Source of the DNA: Macrostomum lignano
Taxonomy: Eukaryota
DNA length: 64,000 nucleotides
Reading direction: 5' to 3'
NCBI GenBank assembly: GCA_002269645.1
Contig: NIVC01002874.1
Coordinates: 8,432-72,431 of the forward strand
This document shows positions 1-10,954 of the stretch, piece after piece. The notes beneath the pieces were generated by a model. It did not search any database. It was not told the origin of the DNA and was given only the letters and a program-made list of their open reading frames with translations. The position numbers and the translations under genes are program-made. Positions within the stretch are counted from its first letter, which is position 1, and the number at the start of each line of letters is the position of its first letter.

Positions 1-854
1 TGGGTGCTTGGCCTGGGGGGTCGAGTGTACACTGAGGCCCGATGGTGAGTGGGGTGCTTGGTCGGGGGTGGGGGCGAATGTACATAGAGGCCCGTGCTTG
101 GCCTAGGGAGCGAGTGTACACTGAGGACTGATTTGTATGGGTCCAGCGCAGGGTAATAATCATTAAACCGACTGAGCTAAGCCTGGATACAATAGCAGGG
201 CAAGATAGAAGATTTCGCTTAATGTCGTATTAAAAATAAGAAATATATTAATTACACGATGGGGAGTATATAATATAATATTTTCAAAAGAAAGAATAGC
301 GATAAGAAAATGCATACGAGATGAAGAATATAGGAGAAAAACGACTGACTGAAGAGCAATGTTTTATCCAGGGCTAGCAATTATTATTTTTAATAAAAGA
401 AAATTTAAAGTGTAAGTGATACCAATAGTATTCTAGTGGAGTTCACAAATAACTAGTCTACGACTCTACTCAGTAGTTTACTGGTGGCAACTTTATTTTT
501 CTAGACTAATATATTAAAACAAACGAACTAATCATTGTCTTTTGGTATAACTATAAAGCAGTATAAACGAGAGAAGTACGAGAGAAGTGCATGAAAAATA
601 TGGATAAGGGAGTTTCGCAGAAAATAAATTGTGGGCGCTTGGAATTTCCCTAATGGCTAACAACGAATAAAGAATACCCCTAGCAGCTTAACAACTATAG
701 ACAGTTCTATTTAACAGAACAGCCATGCGGAATTCTCCTTAGCAGCGCAACGATAAGAAGTTCCCATTAGCAACGCAACTAATTACCTTGAAAACACAGC
801 CGTAACAAATTCTTCTTAGAAATAACTATCAGAAACCCACCTAAGCAACACAAC

Positions 855-1190
855 CATTCGGGATTCTCCTAGGCAACTCGACAATATTGGATTCCTCTTA
901 GCAGCTCGACCATTTGGAATTTCCCTTAGCAACTCGACCACATGGGATTCCCCTTAGCAACTCGACCATACGGGATTCCCCTTAGCAACTCGACCATATG
1001 GGATTCCCCTTAGCAACTCGACCATACGGGATTCCCCTTAGCAACTCGACCATACGGGATTCCCCTTAGCAACTCGACCATATGGGATTTCCCTTAGCAA
1101 CTCGACCATATGGGATTCCCCTTAGCAACGCAACCATATGGGATTCCTCTTAGCAACTCGACCATATGGGATTCCCCTGAGCAATTCAAC
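855..1190. repeat. 28-bp minisatellite (GGGATTCCCCTTAGCAACTCGACCATAY), roughly a dozen copies, degenerate at both ends
   Basis: Direct tandem repetition visible in the sequence. Confidence 0.9.
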
Positions 1191-1687
1191 CATAAGGAAT
1201 ACCTTTAGAAACACAACTATAGAGAATTCCCCTTTGTATCAAAACTATAAGGAATTAAAATTAGCAGGGGAAGACAGGATTTTGTCCAGGGATTCCGTGC
1301 AGAAACACAAATAGTAGTCTAAGTTAAAAGATGAATAGAAGCAAAACTTTGCATACAGGTTTATGAAATTCATGAACCATAGAGAAAAACAACACTATAT
1401 GACACAATCAGCAATTTCTTGAATTTTGTTCGTTGTTTGAAAAGAATAGAAAGGTTTACAGTGATTAAACCATCGAATGAAATAATCAACGCCAATAAGT
1501 AGAAATTGTCTGAATAGAATAGATATAAAAATATATTATTTGTGTTTTAAGAGCGCGCCCTATAAACAAACAGCAAACTATTCAGTATAAATTTTCATAC
1601 ACTAATGTAAAATTTGAATAGTCAGATCACGACAACAGGCTACAGGTTGCTCAGATTGCAAATCGAAGACAAAAAAAAACAAGACAA

Positions 1688-3014
1688 CTAAAGCAAAAAC
1701 TTGCCAACCACAAGGCCCAGCACCATGGCCAGGACTAGGAACAGAGCCGGCGGCACCAGCGGGCCTCTGGCCGTGGCCACGGCAGTTGAACCTGACGCCG
1801 ACGAGACATTGGCAGATCCCGACGGAGAGCTGGGCGGCGACGGCCGCATGGCCAGCTTGCGCAGACGGAGATCCTGCAAGAGAGATGGTTGTTAATTTTA
1901 ACTGGCCAGTTATGCACACCTCGTAATGCTTATGACTAATTAGGGGTAAGCGTCATAGAAAGTACGCGATGCACTTTTGGAGATTGTAGCCTAGACGAGG
2001 GGCCCAGCCAAGGTAAGTCGCAAAAATGCCTATCCGAAAAAATACAGACGTAGTACTAATTAGATGACGAGGCATTTAGTCTTAATAGGACAGTCATTGA
2101 TACTCCTGCTGTTTACCAAAATTTGCGTTAATTTTGCTTTTAAGTTTTTCACAGGTAAGTCGAATTTTTGGTAAAAAATTAAGTCGCACGGCCAGTGTAA
2201 ATCTGGGAGGCTGTGCATGTATGGGTAGGAGCTTTGAACTCATTATTGAAAGCATCTCGCATTTATAACAACTCTGGTTAGTCTACTTGAGTGGGTAGAA
2301 AGTTAAACGATAACAAAACGACTCTTGGACGACTTTATCATGTACGTTCAAACGTACTTTAGAAGTACGCGAGGTACTTTTTAAAGTACGGAAAGTTTTT
2401 CAATTACACAAAGCACTTTTCAAGACTTTGTACTTTTGCAAACAAAAACAGGGTCTCACTTGTTCCGCTAGCCGAGAGTTTTCATCGCGCAGTCGCTGCA
2501 ACTCCTGCTGCATTTCGTGCGCGTTTTTCGGCAAATCCGAAGGCGCCGAATTGGCCGCCGCTGGCCCCGGTTGATTGGGCGACGGCGCAGAAGCGTTGGC
2601 GACTCCGTCGGCTTCAATTTGTACAACGCGCAGCTTGGAGTCCATCAGCTTGTCGGACGAAGCCGAACGCCAGGCCTCGTCAAGAGCGGCGCCAGCCAGA
2701 TTAGGAGGCGTACTGGCTGGCATTAGCAGGCTCTGCACCATGAATTTGTGCCGGGAGCGCTGCTCGGCTGTGTCGGACTGATCGCCAGCGCTTGGCTGCA
2801 GCATGACGGCGACTTCGACCTCGCCGCCGGCCTGAATCAGGCCGCTATTTGGCCGGACGCAGTACCGTTTCGGAGCGGTTGTCTTCACTTTAAAGGCCAC
2901 GGGCTGGTCGGCAACGGGATTGCTAAGTCGCAGAGTGGTGGTGACCACCCGGTCGAATGGGCCGCGGAACACCAACTCGGAATCTGGCTTCAGGCTTAGG
3001 ATCTGGCTAGGCAT
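1688..3014 (-). CDS. VAP: VAMP-associated protein (VAP-A/B family): MSP domain, coiled coil, C-terminal TM anchor; exons 2460-3014 and 1688-1873
   Basis: MSP signature FKVKTTAPKRYCVRPNSG and HKFMVQS. Donor CAA|GTGAGA at 2460/2459 and acceptor TTGCAG|GAT at 1874/1873 (phase 0) join EQ to DLRLRK. Ends in hydrophobic LFLVLAMVLGLVVGKFLL*, typical of VAP tail anchors. Confidence 0.93.
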
Positions 3015-3214
3015 AGCGGCTGGCTAAGGCTGGGTGAAGCAATATAATTACACACTTTTCAGGTGAGAAGAGATGGAACAGCTAATTGGCTGAAACGGAT
3101 TCATTAACACAATTGTCAGCAGGTTAGTAGTGACCGCCCTAGCGTCGCTGGAGTTGGGAGTTCCTCATTTCTCAATGACATCGGATTTCTAAGCCCAACA
3201 CTGCAAGTACTTAA

Positions 3215-4095
3215 CAAGCTTCAGATCCTAAAAGGACAGATCCCAGCTTCAGATCCTAAAAGGACAGATCCCCAGCTTCAGACCCGAAAACTCCAGATTC
3301 AAAGAAGAGTCTAGATTCTCAAATGAAAGATCCTCAAAATCCCCAAACTTAAAATACTACAAGTTCAGATCCCTAAAGTTCAGATCCTCTAAGCTCAGAT
3401 CCTCATCTTCAGGCCCTATAAGCTCAGATCCCTTAAATTTCAGACCCTAAAGTTTAGATAATTAACTTCAGATCCTTAAGTTGGAATCCCCAAACTTTAG
3501 ATCCTTTAAAGACAGATCCCTAAATTCCAGATCCTAAATCTAAAGACCCTTAAAGTTTCAGATCCCTAAAGTTCAGACCCTCAAGTTCAGATCCCCAAAG
3601 TTCAGATCCTCAAGTTCAGATTAAAGTTCAGACCCTAAAGTTCAGACCCTAAAGTTCAGATCCCCAAAGTTCAGACCCTCAAGTTCAGATTAAAGTTCAG
3701 ACCCTAAAGTTCAGATCCCCAAAGTTCAGACCCTCAAGTTCAGATTAAAGTTCAGACCCTAAAGTTCAGATCCCCAAAGTTCAGATCCTCAAGTTCAGAT
3801 TAAAGTTCAGACCCTAAAGTTCAGATCCCCAAAGTTCAGACCCTCAAGTTCAGATTAAAGTTCAGACCCTAAAGTTCAGATCCCCAAAGTTCAGATCCTC
3901 AAGTTCAGATTAAAGTTCAGACCCTAAAGTTCAGACCCTAAAGTTCAGATCCCCAAAGTTCAGACCCTCAAGTTCAGATTAAAGTTCAGACCCTAAAGTT
4001 CAGACCCTAAAGTTCAGATCCCCAAAGTTCAGACCCTCAAGTTCAGATTAAAGTTCAGACCCTAAAGTTTAGATCCCCAAAGTCCAGATCCCTAA
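3215..4095. repeat. Minisatellite of 12-15-bp units (AAGTTCAGAYCCY) with higher-order organisation, degenerate towards the left
   Basis: Direct tandem repetition. Confidence 0.9.
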
Positions 4096-4899
4096 ACTAT
4101 TTCATTATCTTACCACTTTAGTAGAGAAACTGAGCCAGTCAAAACAAACACCAACACGTACTCAAAAGATGGTCATAAAAGTAGAAATATTTGAATTTCT
4201 TATAAAGCCTTAATAAATTCCAGGTAAAACAGAGTACCGGGTTGCAGAGATGAGTTCAAGTATTATGAAGGTAGTTTGAAGATAGCTAGCATTACATCAT
4301 ATCCTATTCTATTAGAGTCATAATTTAAGTTTACGACAAAGTAATTCCTGTACTTTATATCCGCGTGGCCATAGACAACTTTTAAAACTTGAGGATACGA
4401 CGACAGATTACAATTACAATATGATTATTATACAGATATTGCTATGAAAACCATGTTCTCTAATAAGACTAAATGCCATATTTGGAAGCTTCGAGGATTA
4501 CGCAAGCTACTATTAATTCCACAAAAAATGATTTCGCATCGCATTCTAATTGAATGCCGGAAAACATTAAGGTACATTATGTAAAAAAAGATTAGTTTTG
4601 CGAGAACCAACTTTTGAAACTTAAACTTAAGACAAAAACTTTACAGCCAACGATTAAAACAGACAGACAAACAGTTTAAGAGGAAATTAACTTTTCACAC
4701 CGGAAATCTTATCTACTCTTTTTCAGTAGAAAAATTAGCGCTCTCATTTTACTTTATAATAGTAAATAATCTATTTAACTGTACAAGAATTAGCATTTTC
4801 CCTGTTTGAAGCTGCAAAAGAAAAGGGATGGCGCCCCAACCCCCAGCAAGGCCGATAAACAGTTGACTTTCCTCTTGCCCGCTTGTGTCTGACTTTGGC

Positions 4900-5200
4900 C
4901 TCTCTCCTTACTGCTCTCTAATTGGCTGAGCTAGATTGGGCCTGCACCCTAGACTTGGTTTCGTCCGTCTGAATTCGACCTCTCTCCTTACTGCTCTCTG
5001 ATTGGCTGAGCCAGATTGGGCCTGTCCTCTAGACTGGGTTTCGTCCGTCTGAATTCGACCTCTCTCCTTACTGCTCTCTGATTGGCTGAGCTAGATTGGA
5101 CCTGCCCCCCTAGACTTGGTTTCGTCCGTCTGAATTCGACCTCTCTCCTTACTGCTCTCTGATTGGCTGAGCTAGATTGGACCTGCACCCTAGGCTGAGT
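4900..5200. repeat. 80-bp tandem repeat, about 4 copies, each with two ATTGG (CCAAT) words
   Basis: TCTCTCCTTA recurs at 4901, 4981, 5061 and 5142. Confidence 0.9.
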
Positions 5201-5537
5201 TTCGTCTGTGTAGTTTCGAGTGCAGTTCTGTGGCAGGGGCTGTGCAGCTGCAGCGAACGGGGAGTCTCCACTTGATGGATTTGATCTTCAACTTGACTGA
5301 AAAAGCAATACGCTCGTAAGTTTTCTTTCATACATTGGCTTTAACCTTTTTAAACTTTTTTGTTGGCAATTGAGATACTATTCGATCAAGTCGTCCTATA
5401 TGGTCAAGAGAAGCAATAAAACTGCTACCTCGGGTTTAAATTTAACAATTAAAGTAATTATGAATAAAAACCGTTAACTAAAATGTTTGCAAAGGGTAGC
5501 AAAATACGCAAACATAATCGGCGACTTTAGCATCTCT

Positions 5538-8500
5538 TTACGTGTCAGCCAAATGGAAGTCGCTGGGGTCCATCTCGCCATTCTTGCTAGCCCAATGGCC
5601 ACGATTACAAGAGGCCAGCTCGTCGAACACGACCCGCTTACACTGGGCATAGTCGGCGCATTTCAATGCTCGCAAGCTGACACTGTTCAAGTCTAAATAT
5701 TCACCATCGGCTAATAATCTGCTTTGGATTCGAGCATTAATCCGTTTGGCAACCGGCACCGAGGCTGATTTGTTGGCAATCTCTTCAGCCAGTTTGACTA
5801 TTCGCGACAAAGCGGCTCGCTTCGACAGTCTGGAGACTCCGCCACCGTCTAGACTGTCGGTGTCGGGCAGCTGGCGCTCAGCCGGGGTGACATTCTGCGA
5901 TCGGCGAATATTTTTCTTACCCTGCGGCCCGTCAATCACTTCGGCTGTGCCGGCACTGCCGTCTACTGGCCGATACCAATTGATTGACAGCACGGCGGTG
6001 TCGGGATCGGTCGAGCCGAGGCGCAGAGGGTCGCTGGTGCGGCCCAGCCAGGGATCGGCCACGAGCTGGTAGGCTGGGGAGGCCAAGCGATGCCGGAGAC
6101 GGGGCAGGCGGCAGAGGAAGCCGCGGGCCATGTTGGCGTGACTGTAGCGACCGGCCACGTCTACGGACTGGGGTCGGGGCGGGTGACAGACGTTTGTGAA
6201 TGGACTGTAAAATTGGTGAATCTATTTGTGAACAGATTTGTGACCACTTGTGAACAGAATGGATATTTAGATGGTGAACAGAAGGGCTATTTGGTGAACA
6301 GAATGACTAGTTGGTGAACAGAATGGCTGCTTGGTGAACAGAATGGCTGCTTGGTGAACAGAATGGCTGCTTGGTGAACGGAGTGACTACTTGGTGAACA
6401 GAATGGCGGCTTGGTGAACGGATTGGCTACTTGGTGAACAGAATGGCGGCTTGGTGAACAGAATGGCTGCTTGGTGAACAGAATGGCTATTTGGTGAACA
6501 CAATAGCTACTTGGTGAACATAATAATAGCTAGTTGGTGAACCAATTGGTGAGTTTGCGAGTTGAAAACCTATGCAACCAACAAGGCAAAAGCAAACCAA
6601 CTGACCTGCAGAAACACTGGCTCAATGAAATTTGCAAGCAGGCCGCCCTGCAGGCCAACATAGTTGCATAGCAGCAGCTTGTCGGAGCCGCAGTGCACAG
6701 CCAGACTGTTAGGATCTTCAGCCTCCTCTAAGCCGAATGTGCGCACCATTGAGCAATCGTACTTTTCGTAGCAGGCCAGCGAACCGTAACGAGACAGGTC
6801 CGGCTCCAGGACGCCGCATCTAAGGAGCGAATTATGAGGAGTGTGGTACTGTACTGAATAGGGATTTGTAAACAGCGGGATACTGAAATAGGGATTTTTA
6901 CAGAGTGGGAACTGAAATAGATTTTAAGAGGATGGGATACTGAAGTGGGAATTTCTAAGACTAAAACACTGAAATGGGATTTTAAGAGAGTGGGATACTG
7001 AGAGGGGATTTAAGAGAGTAGGATACTGAAATGGGATTATAAGAGAGTGGGATATTGAGATGGGATGTTGAGAGAGTGGGATACTGAAATGGGAATTTTA
7101 GAGAGTGCGATACTGACATACGGATTTCAAAGAATGGAAAACAATTTTTGATTTCAAAGATTTGGAGTAAAATTGAGCATAGAAAGACGCCCTACTCACT
7201 TATCGCGAAGTAGTTCCTCTTGCGAGTGCCGTCCAAGCGGGTCGCCGCCAATCGCTCCGGCGGAGTCGCCGCCGCTGTCACCTGCGGAACAGTCGCCATC
7301 AGGCGGCGAGCTGAGCAGCAGGTGCAAAGCCAGGCCGGGTTTCAAGCGCAGCCGGTCGTCGCGATTATTTGGCTCCAACCAGCGGCCCTGGCCGGAGAAG
7401 TAGGCCGACACCTCCTGGGCTAAGCGAATGCGAAAGGCCCGCTTGGCGCACACAAAAGCGGTGCTGTCAATCACGAGCTCGCCGTAGGAGTTGTATATGT
7501 GCTCCAGCCAGTGATCGTTGACGCTGGAGCCCGTGCCCAGGGCGACCAGCTGCACTGCTGAGGATTTTTCAGGGTTTCAGTTCTACTGCACTTTGCTTTT
7601 ATCTGGGATGTTTAGTCTGCGGATTTGGGATAGCGTGGCCCAGCAACTGAGGATCTGGGAGGCTGGTCCAGCAAATAAGGATCTGGGAGGCTGGCCCAGA
7701 AACTGAGGATCTGGGAGGCTGGCCCAGAAACTGTGGATCTGGGAGGCTGGCCCAGCAAATGAGGATCTGGGAGGCTGGCCCAGCAACTGAGGATCTGAGA
7801 GGCTGGCCCAGAAACTGTGGATCTGGGAGGCTGGCCCAGCAAATGAGGATCTAGGCTGGCCCAGCAACTGGGGATCTGGGAGGGTGGCCCAGCAACTGGG
7901 GATCTGGGAGGCTGGCCCAGCAACTAAGGATCTGGGAGGCTGGCCCAGCAACTAAGGATCTGGGAGGCTGGCACAGCAACTGAGGATCTGGGAGGCTGGC
8001 CCAGCAACTAAGGATCTGGGAGGCTGGCCCAGCAACTGAGGATCTGGGAGGCTGGCCCAGCAACTGAGAATCTGGGAGGCTGGCCCAGCAACTAAGGATC
8101 TGGGAGGCTGGCCCAGCAACTAAGGATCTGGGAGGCTGGCCAAGCAACTGAGGATCTGGGAGGCTGGCCAAGCAACTGAGGATCTGGGAGGCTAACCCAG
8201 CAACTGTGGATCTGGGAGGCTGGCCAAGCAACTGAGGATCTGGGAGGCTGGCCCAGCAACTGAGGATCTTGGAGGCTGGCCAAGCAACTGAGGATCTGGG
8301 AGGCTAACCTAGCAACTGTGGATCTGGGAGGCTGGCCCAGCAACTGGGGATCTGGGAGGCTAACCCAGCAACTGTGGATCTGGGAGGCTGGCCCAGCAAC
8401 TGAGGATCTGGGAGGCTGGCCCAGCAACTGAGGATCTTGGAGGCTGGCCAAGCAACTGAGGATCTGGGAGGCTAACCTAGCAACTGTGGATCTGGGAGGC

Positions 8501-10954
8501 TGGCCCAGCAACTGAGGATCTGGGAGGCTGGCCAAGCAACTGAGGATCTGGGAGGCTAACCCAGCAACTGGGGATCTGAGAGGCAGGCCCAGCAACTGGG
8601 GATCTGGGAGGCTGGCCCAGCAACTGAGGATTTAGGTTGGCTCAGCAACTGGGCATCTGGGAGGCTGGCCCAGCAACTAAGGATCTGGGAGGCTGGCCCA
8701 GCAACTGTGGATCTGGGAGGCTGGCCCAGCAACTGAGGATCTGGGAGGCTGGCCCAGCAACTGAGGATCTGGAAGACTGGCCCAGCAACTGAGGATCTGG
8801 GAGGCTGGCCCAGCAACTGAGGATCTGGGAGGCTGGCCCAGCAACTGAGGATCTGGAAGACTGGCAGTGGTGGCCTTGCAAGTAGGAATCTGAGAGGGTT
8901 CTAAGAAGGCATCTGGTAAACAGACTCTATAAGCATGGCAATACCCACGGTAAAAGTGGAACCTTAAACTAAAAAGCGACTCACTAGGCTCCGACTGTGG
9001 CAATCGCGAATCGGACAAGAATATCGCGGCCACTTTGTCGACGCCGCCAATTTTGACATCACGAAGCAGAGCGTCCAGCTGCTTCTTGCACTGATCGGCG
9101 TAGCGATCGCCAGGGAGAGCGCCAGAGGCGGCCTGCGCGGTCATTGAGACCAAGGACGCGGCCGGAGAGGCCGAGCGATCCGCGTAGCCGCCGCCGCCGC
9201 CGCCGCCGCCGCCGCTGCCACGGGCGATGACATTCAAAGCTAGCCTGGCTGCCTCCTCCTTGGCCTTCTGCTTGGACTTGGCCTCGCCCGCTTCGTACTC
9301 GCTTGGCACTCCGTCAATTGTTAAAATAGCTAAATAGGCAAAATTTCCGCCCACCTGAACAGTTGTAGGGTTTGGGTAGGCCAGTGTGAAGGAACGCGGA
9401 GAGCTGCGAGATATGCGGGAATTCGGGGAAAGGAATGCGGGACTTCAGGGAAAAGGAATGCGGGACTTCAGGGAAAAGAAATGTAGGACTTCGGGGGAAA
9501 AGAATGTGGGACTTCAGGGAAAAGGAATGTAGGACTTCGGGGGAAAAGAATGTGGGACTTCAGGGAAAAGGAATGTAGGACTTCGGGGAAAAGAATGTGG
9601 GACTTCAGGGAAAAGGAATGTAGGACTTCGGGGAAAAGAATGTGGGACTTCAGGGAAAAGAATGTGGGACTTCAGGGAAAAGGAATGTAGGACTTCGGGG
9701 AAAAGAATGTGGGACTTCAGGTTAAAGAATGTGGGACTTCAGGGAAAAGGAATGTAGGACTTCGGGGAAAAGAATGTGGGACTTCAGGGAAAAGAATGTG
9801 GGACTTCAGGGAAAAGGAATGTAGGACTTCGGGGAAAAGAATGTGGGACTTCAGGGAAAAGAATGTGGGACTTCAGGGAAAAGGAATGTAGGACTTCGGG
9901 GAAAAGAATGTGGGACTTCAGGTTAAAGAATGTGGGACTTCAGGGAAAAGGAATGTAGGACTTCGGGGAAAAGAATGTGGGACTTCAGGGAAAAGAATGT
10001 GGGACTTCAGGGAAAAGGAATGTAGGACTTCGGGGAAAAGAATGTGGGACTTCAGGTTAAAGAATGTGGGACTTTAGGGAAAAGGAATGTACGACTTCAA
10101 GCTTGGGGAAAAGGAGATCCTAAACTTTGGGGAAAGGGGGATGCGGAACTTCGGGGAAATGGGGGGCGGCGGAACTTCGGGAAAAGGGGATTGCGGGACT
10201 TCGGGGAAAACGGGGATGTGGGACTTCAGGGAAAACGAGGATGTGGAACTTCAGGGAAATGGGAAACGGGCCTAGAATTGGGAATGGGAAGCGCAGCAGA
10301 AATACATTAATTAAACAAAGAATTAAAACAGCATACCCTAGGCGCCGTAGGCCTATACTCAATGCTGCCTCGCATGGCAACCGTATACTCATTAAGAATC
10401 TGATGCGGCAATTTCTGCGATCTGCCATTAATAAAGGTGCGTAGCATCTCTTGAGCAGAATCCGATTTGGACACATTGGCGTACCGAGGCATGCCATGGG
10501 CCCGGTCGGTGGCATCCAGGCTCGGCATTAGGCGCACATTTCCTGACCGCTCCGATTGGGTGCGGCGATCGATGTACGGCTCCTGACTAGCGGCAGCGGG
10601 GCCAGGAGCAGCGGCAAACCCAGATGGAGCCGGGGTGACCTGACTATACTGCACCGGTTGCGGCTGCCTCTGCTGGCTAGCCAGTCTGTCTTCAGCCTCG
10701 CCGCCAAGCGCAGGAAAATCGGCATCGTCAGCTTGAAACTCTTGAGCCGGTTGGTTCGGCGCCAATAAGCCGAGGCTCTGCATCCGACTGCTCAGCGTCA
10801 CGTGCGAATTCATTGGCAAGTTGAACACTTTTTTAATATGATTTTTTGATACCAAATGCGCCTCGTACTGCGGCCAGGCCGGTATCTGGCCGGATCGGCA
10901 TACCTGGCACATGTAGGGCGGACCCTCGGATTGCAGCATGTCCTGGGTAGGCAT
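5538..10954 (-). CDS. ADAR/ADAD-family protein (~729 aa): U1/matrin-like C2H2 zinc finger, one dsRBD, catalytically inactive adenosine-deaminase (A_deamin) domain; exons 10337-10954, 8985-9354, 7200-7557, 6606-6819, 5538-6167
   Basis: ZnF CQVC...YEAHLVSKNH; dsRBD PHQILNEY...GEAKSKQKAKEEAARLAL; deaminase blocks VALGTG, LKPGLALHLLLSSPPDGD, SDKLLLCNYVGLQGGLLANFIEPVF, SINW...AEVIDGPQGK, SRLSK, YAQCK, GHWASK align with ADAR2 motifs. All four introns are GT-AG with matching phases, and the exons total 2190 nt (in frame). The start codon is uncertain because an acceptor near 10975 could add an upstream exon. Confidence 0.88.
6290..6545. repeat. 20-bp minisatellite (TTGGTGAACAGAATGGCTGC) in ADAR-like intron 4
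   Basis: Direct tandem repetition. Confidence 0.9.
6850..7135. repeat. Degenerate ~29-bp minisatellite (ATACTGAAATGGGATTTTAAGAGAGTGGG) in ADAR-like intron 3
   Basis: Direct tandem repetition. Confidence 0.85.
7615..8865. repeat. 28-bp minisatellite (GGATCTGGGAGGCTGGCCCAGCAACTGA) in ADAR-like intron 2
   Basis: Direct tandem repetition; accounts for the repetitive LGQPPRS ORFs. Confidence 0.95.
9410..10270. repeat. 22-23-bp minisatellite (GGACTTCAGGGAAAAGAATGTG) in ADAR-like intron 1
   Basis: Direct tandem repetition, degenerate toward 10270. Confidence 0.92.

Noticed and set aside
2517-2999. Antisense and alternate-frame ORFs over GC-rich exons (VAP, innexin, FHL, EGF, NEK2, BTB)
   Set aside because: Expected shadows of GC-rich coding sequence with few stop codons.
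7583-8985. Repetitive LGQPPRS ORFs and the 3' half of ORF 8677-9354
   Set aside because: Intronic 28-bp minisatellite; the real exon ends at the GTGAGT donor at 8984.
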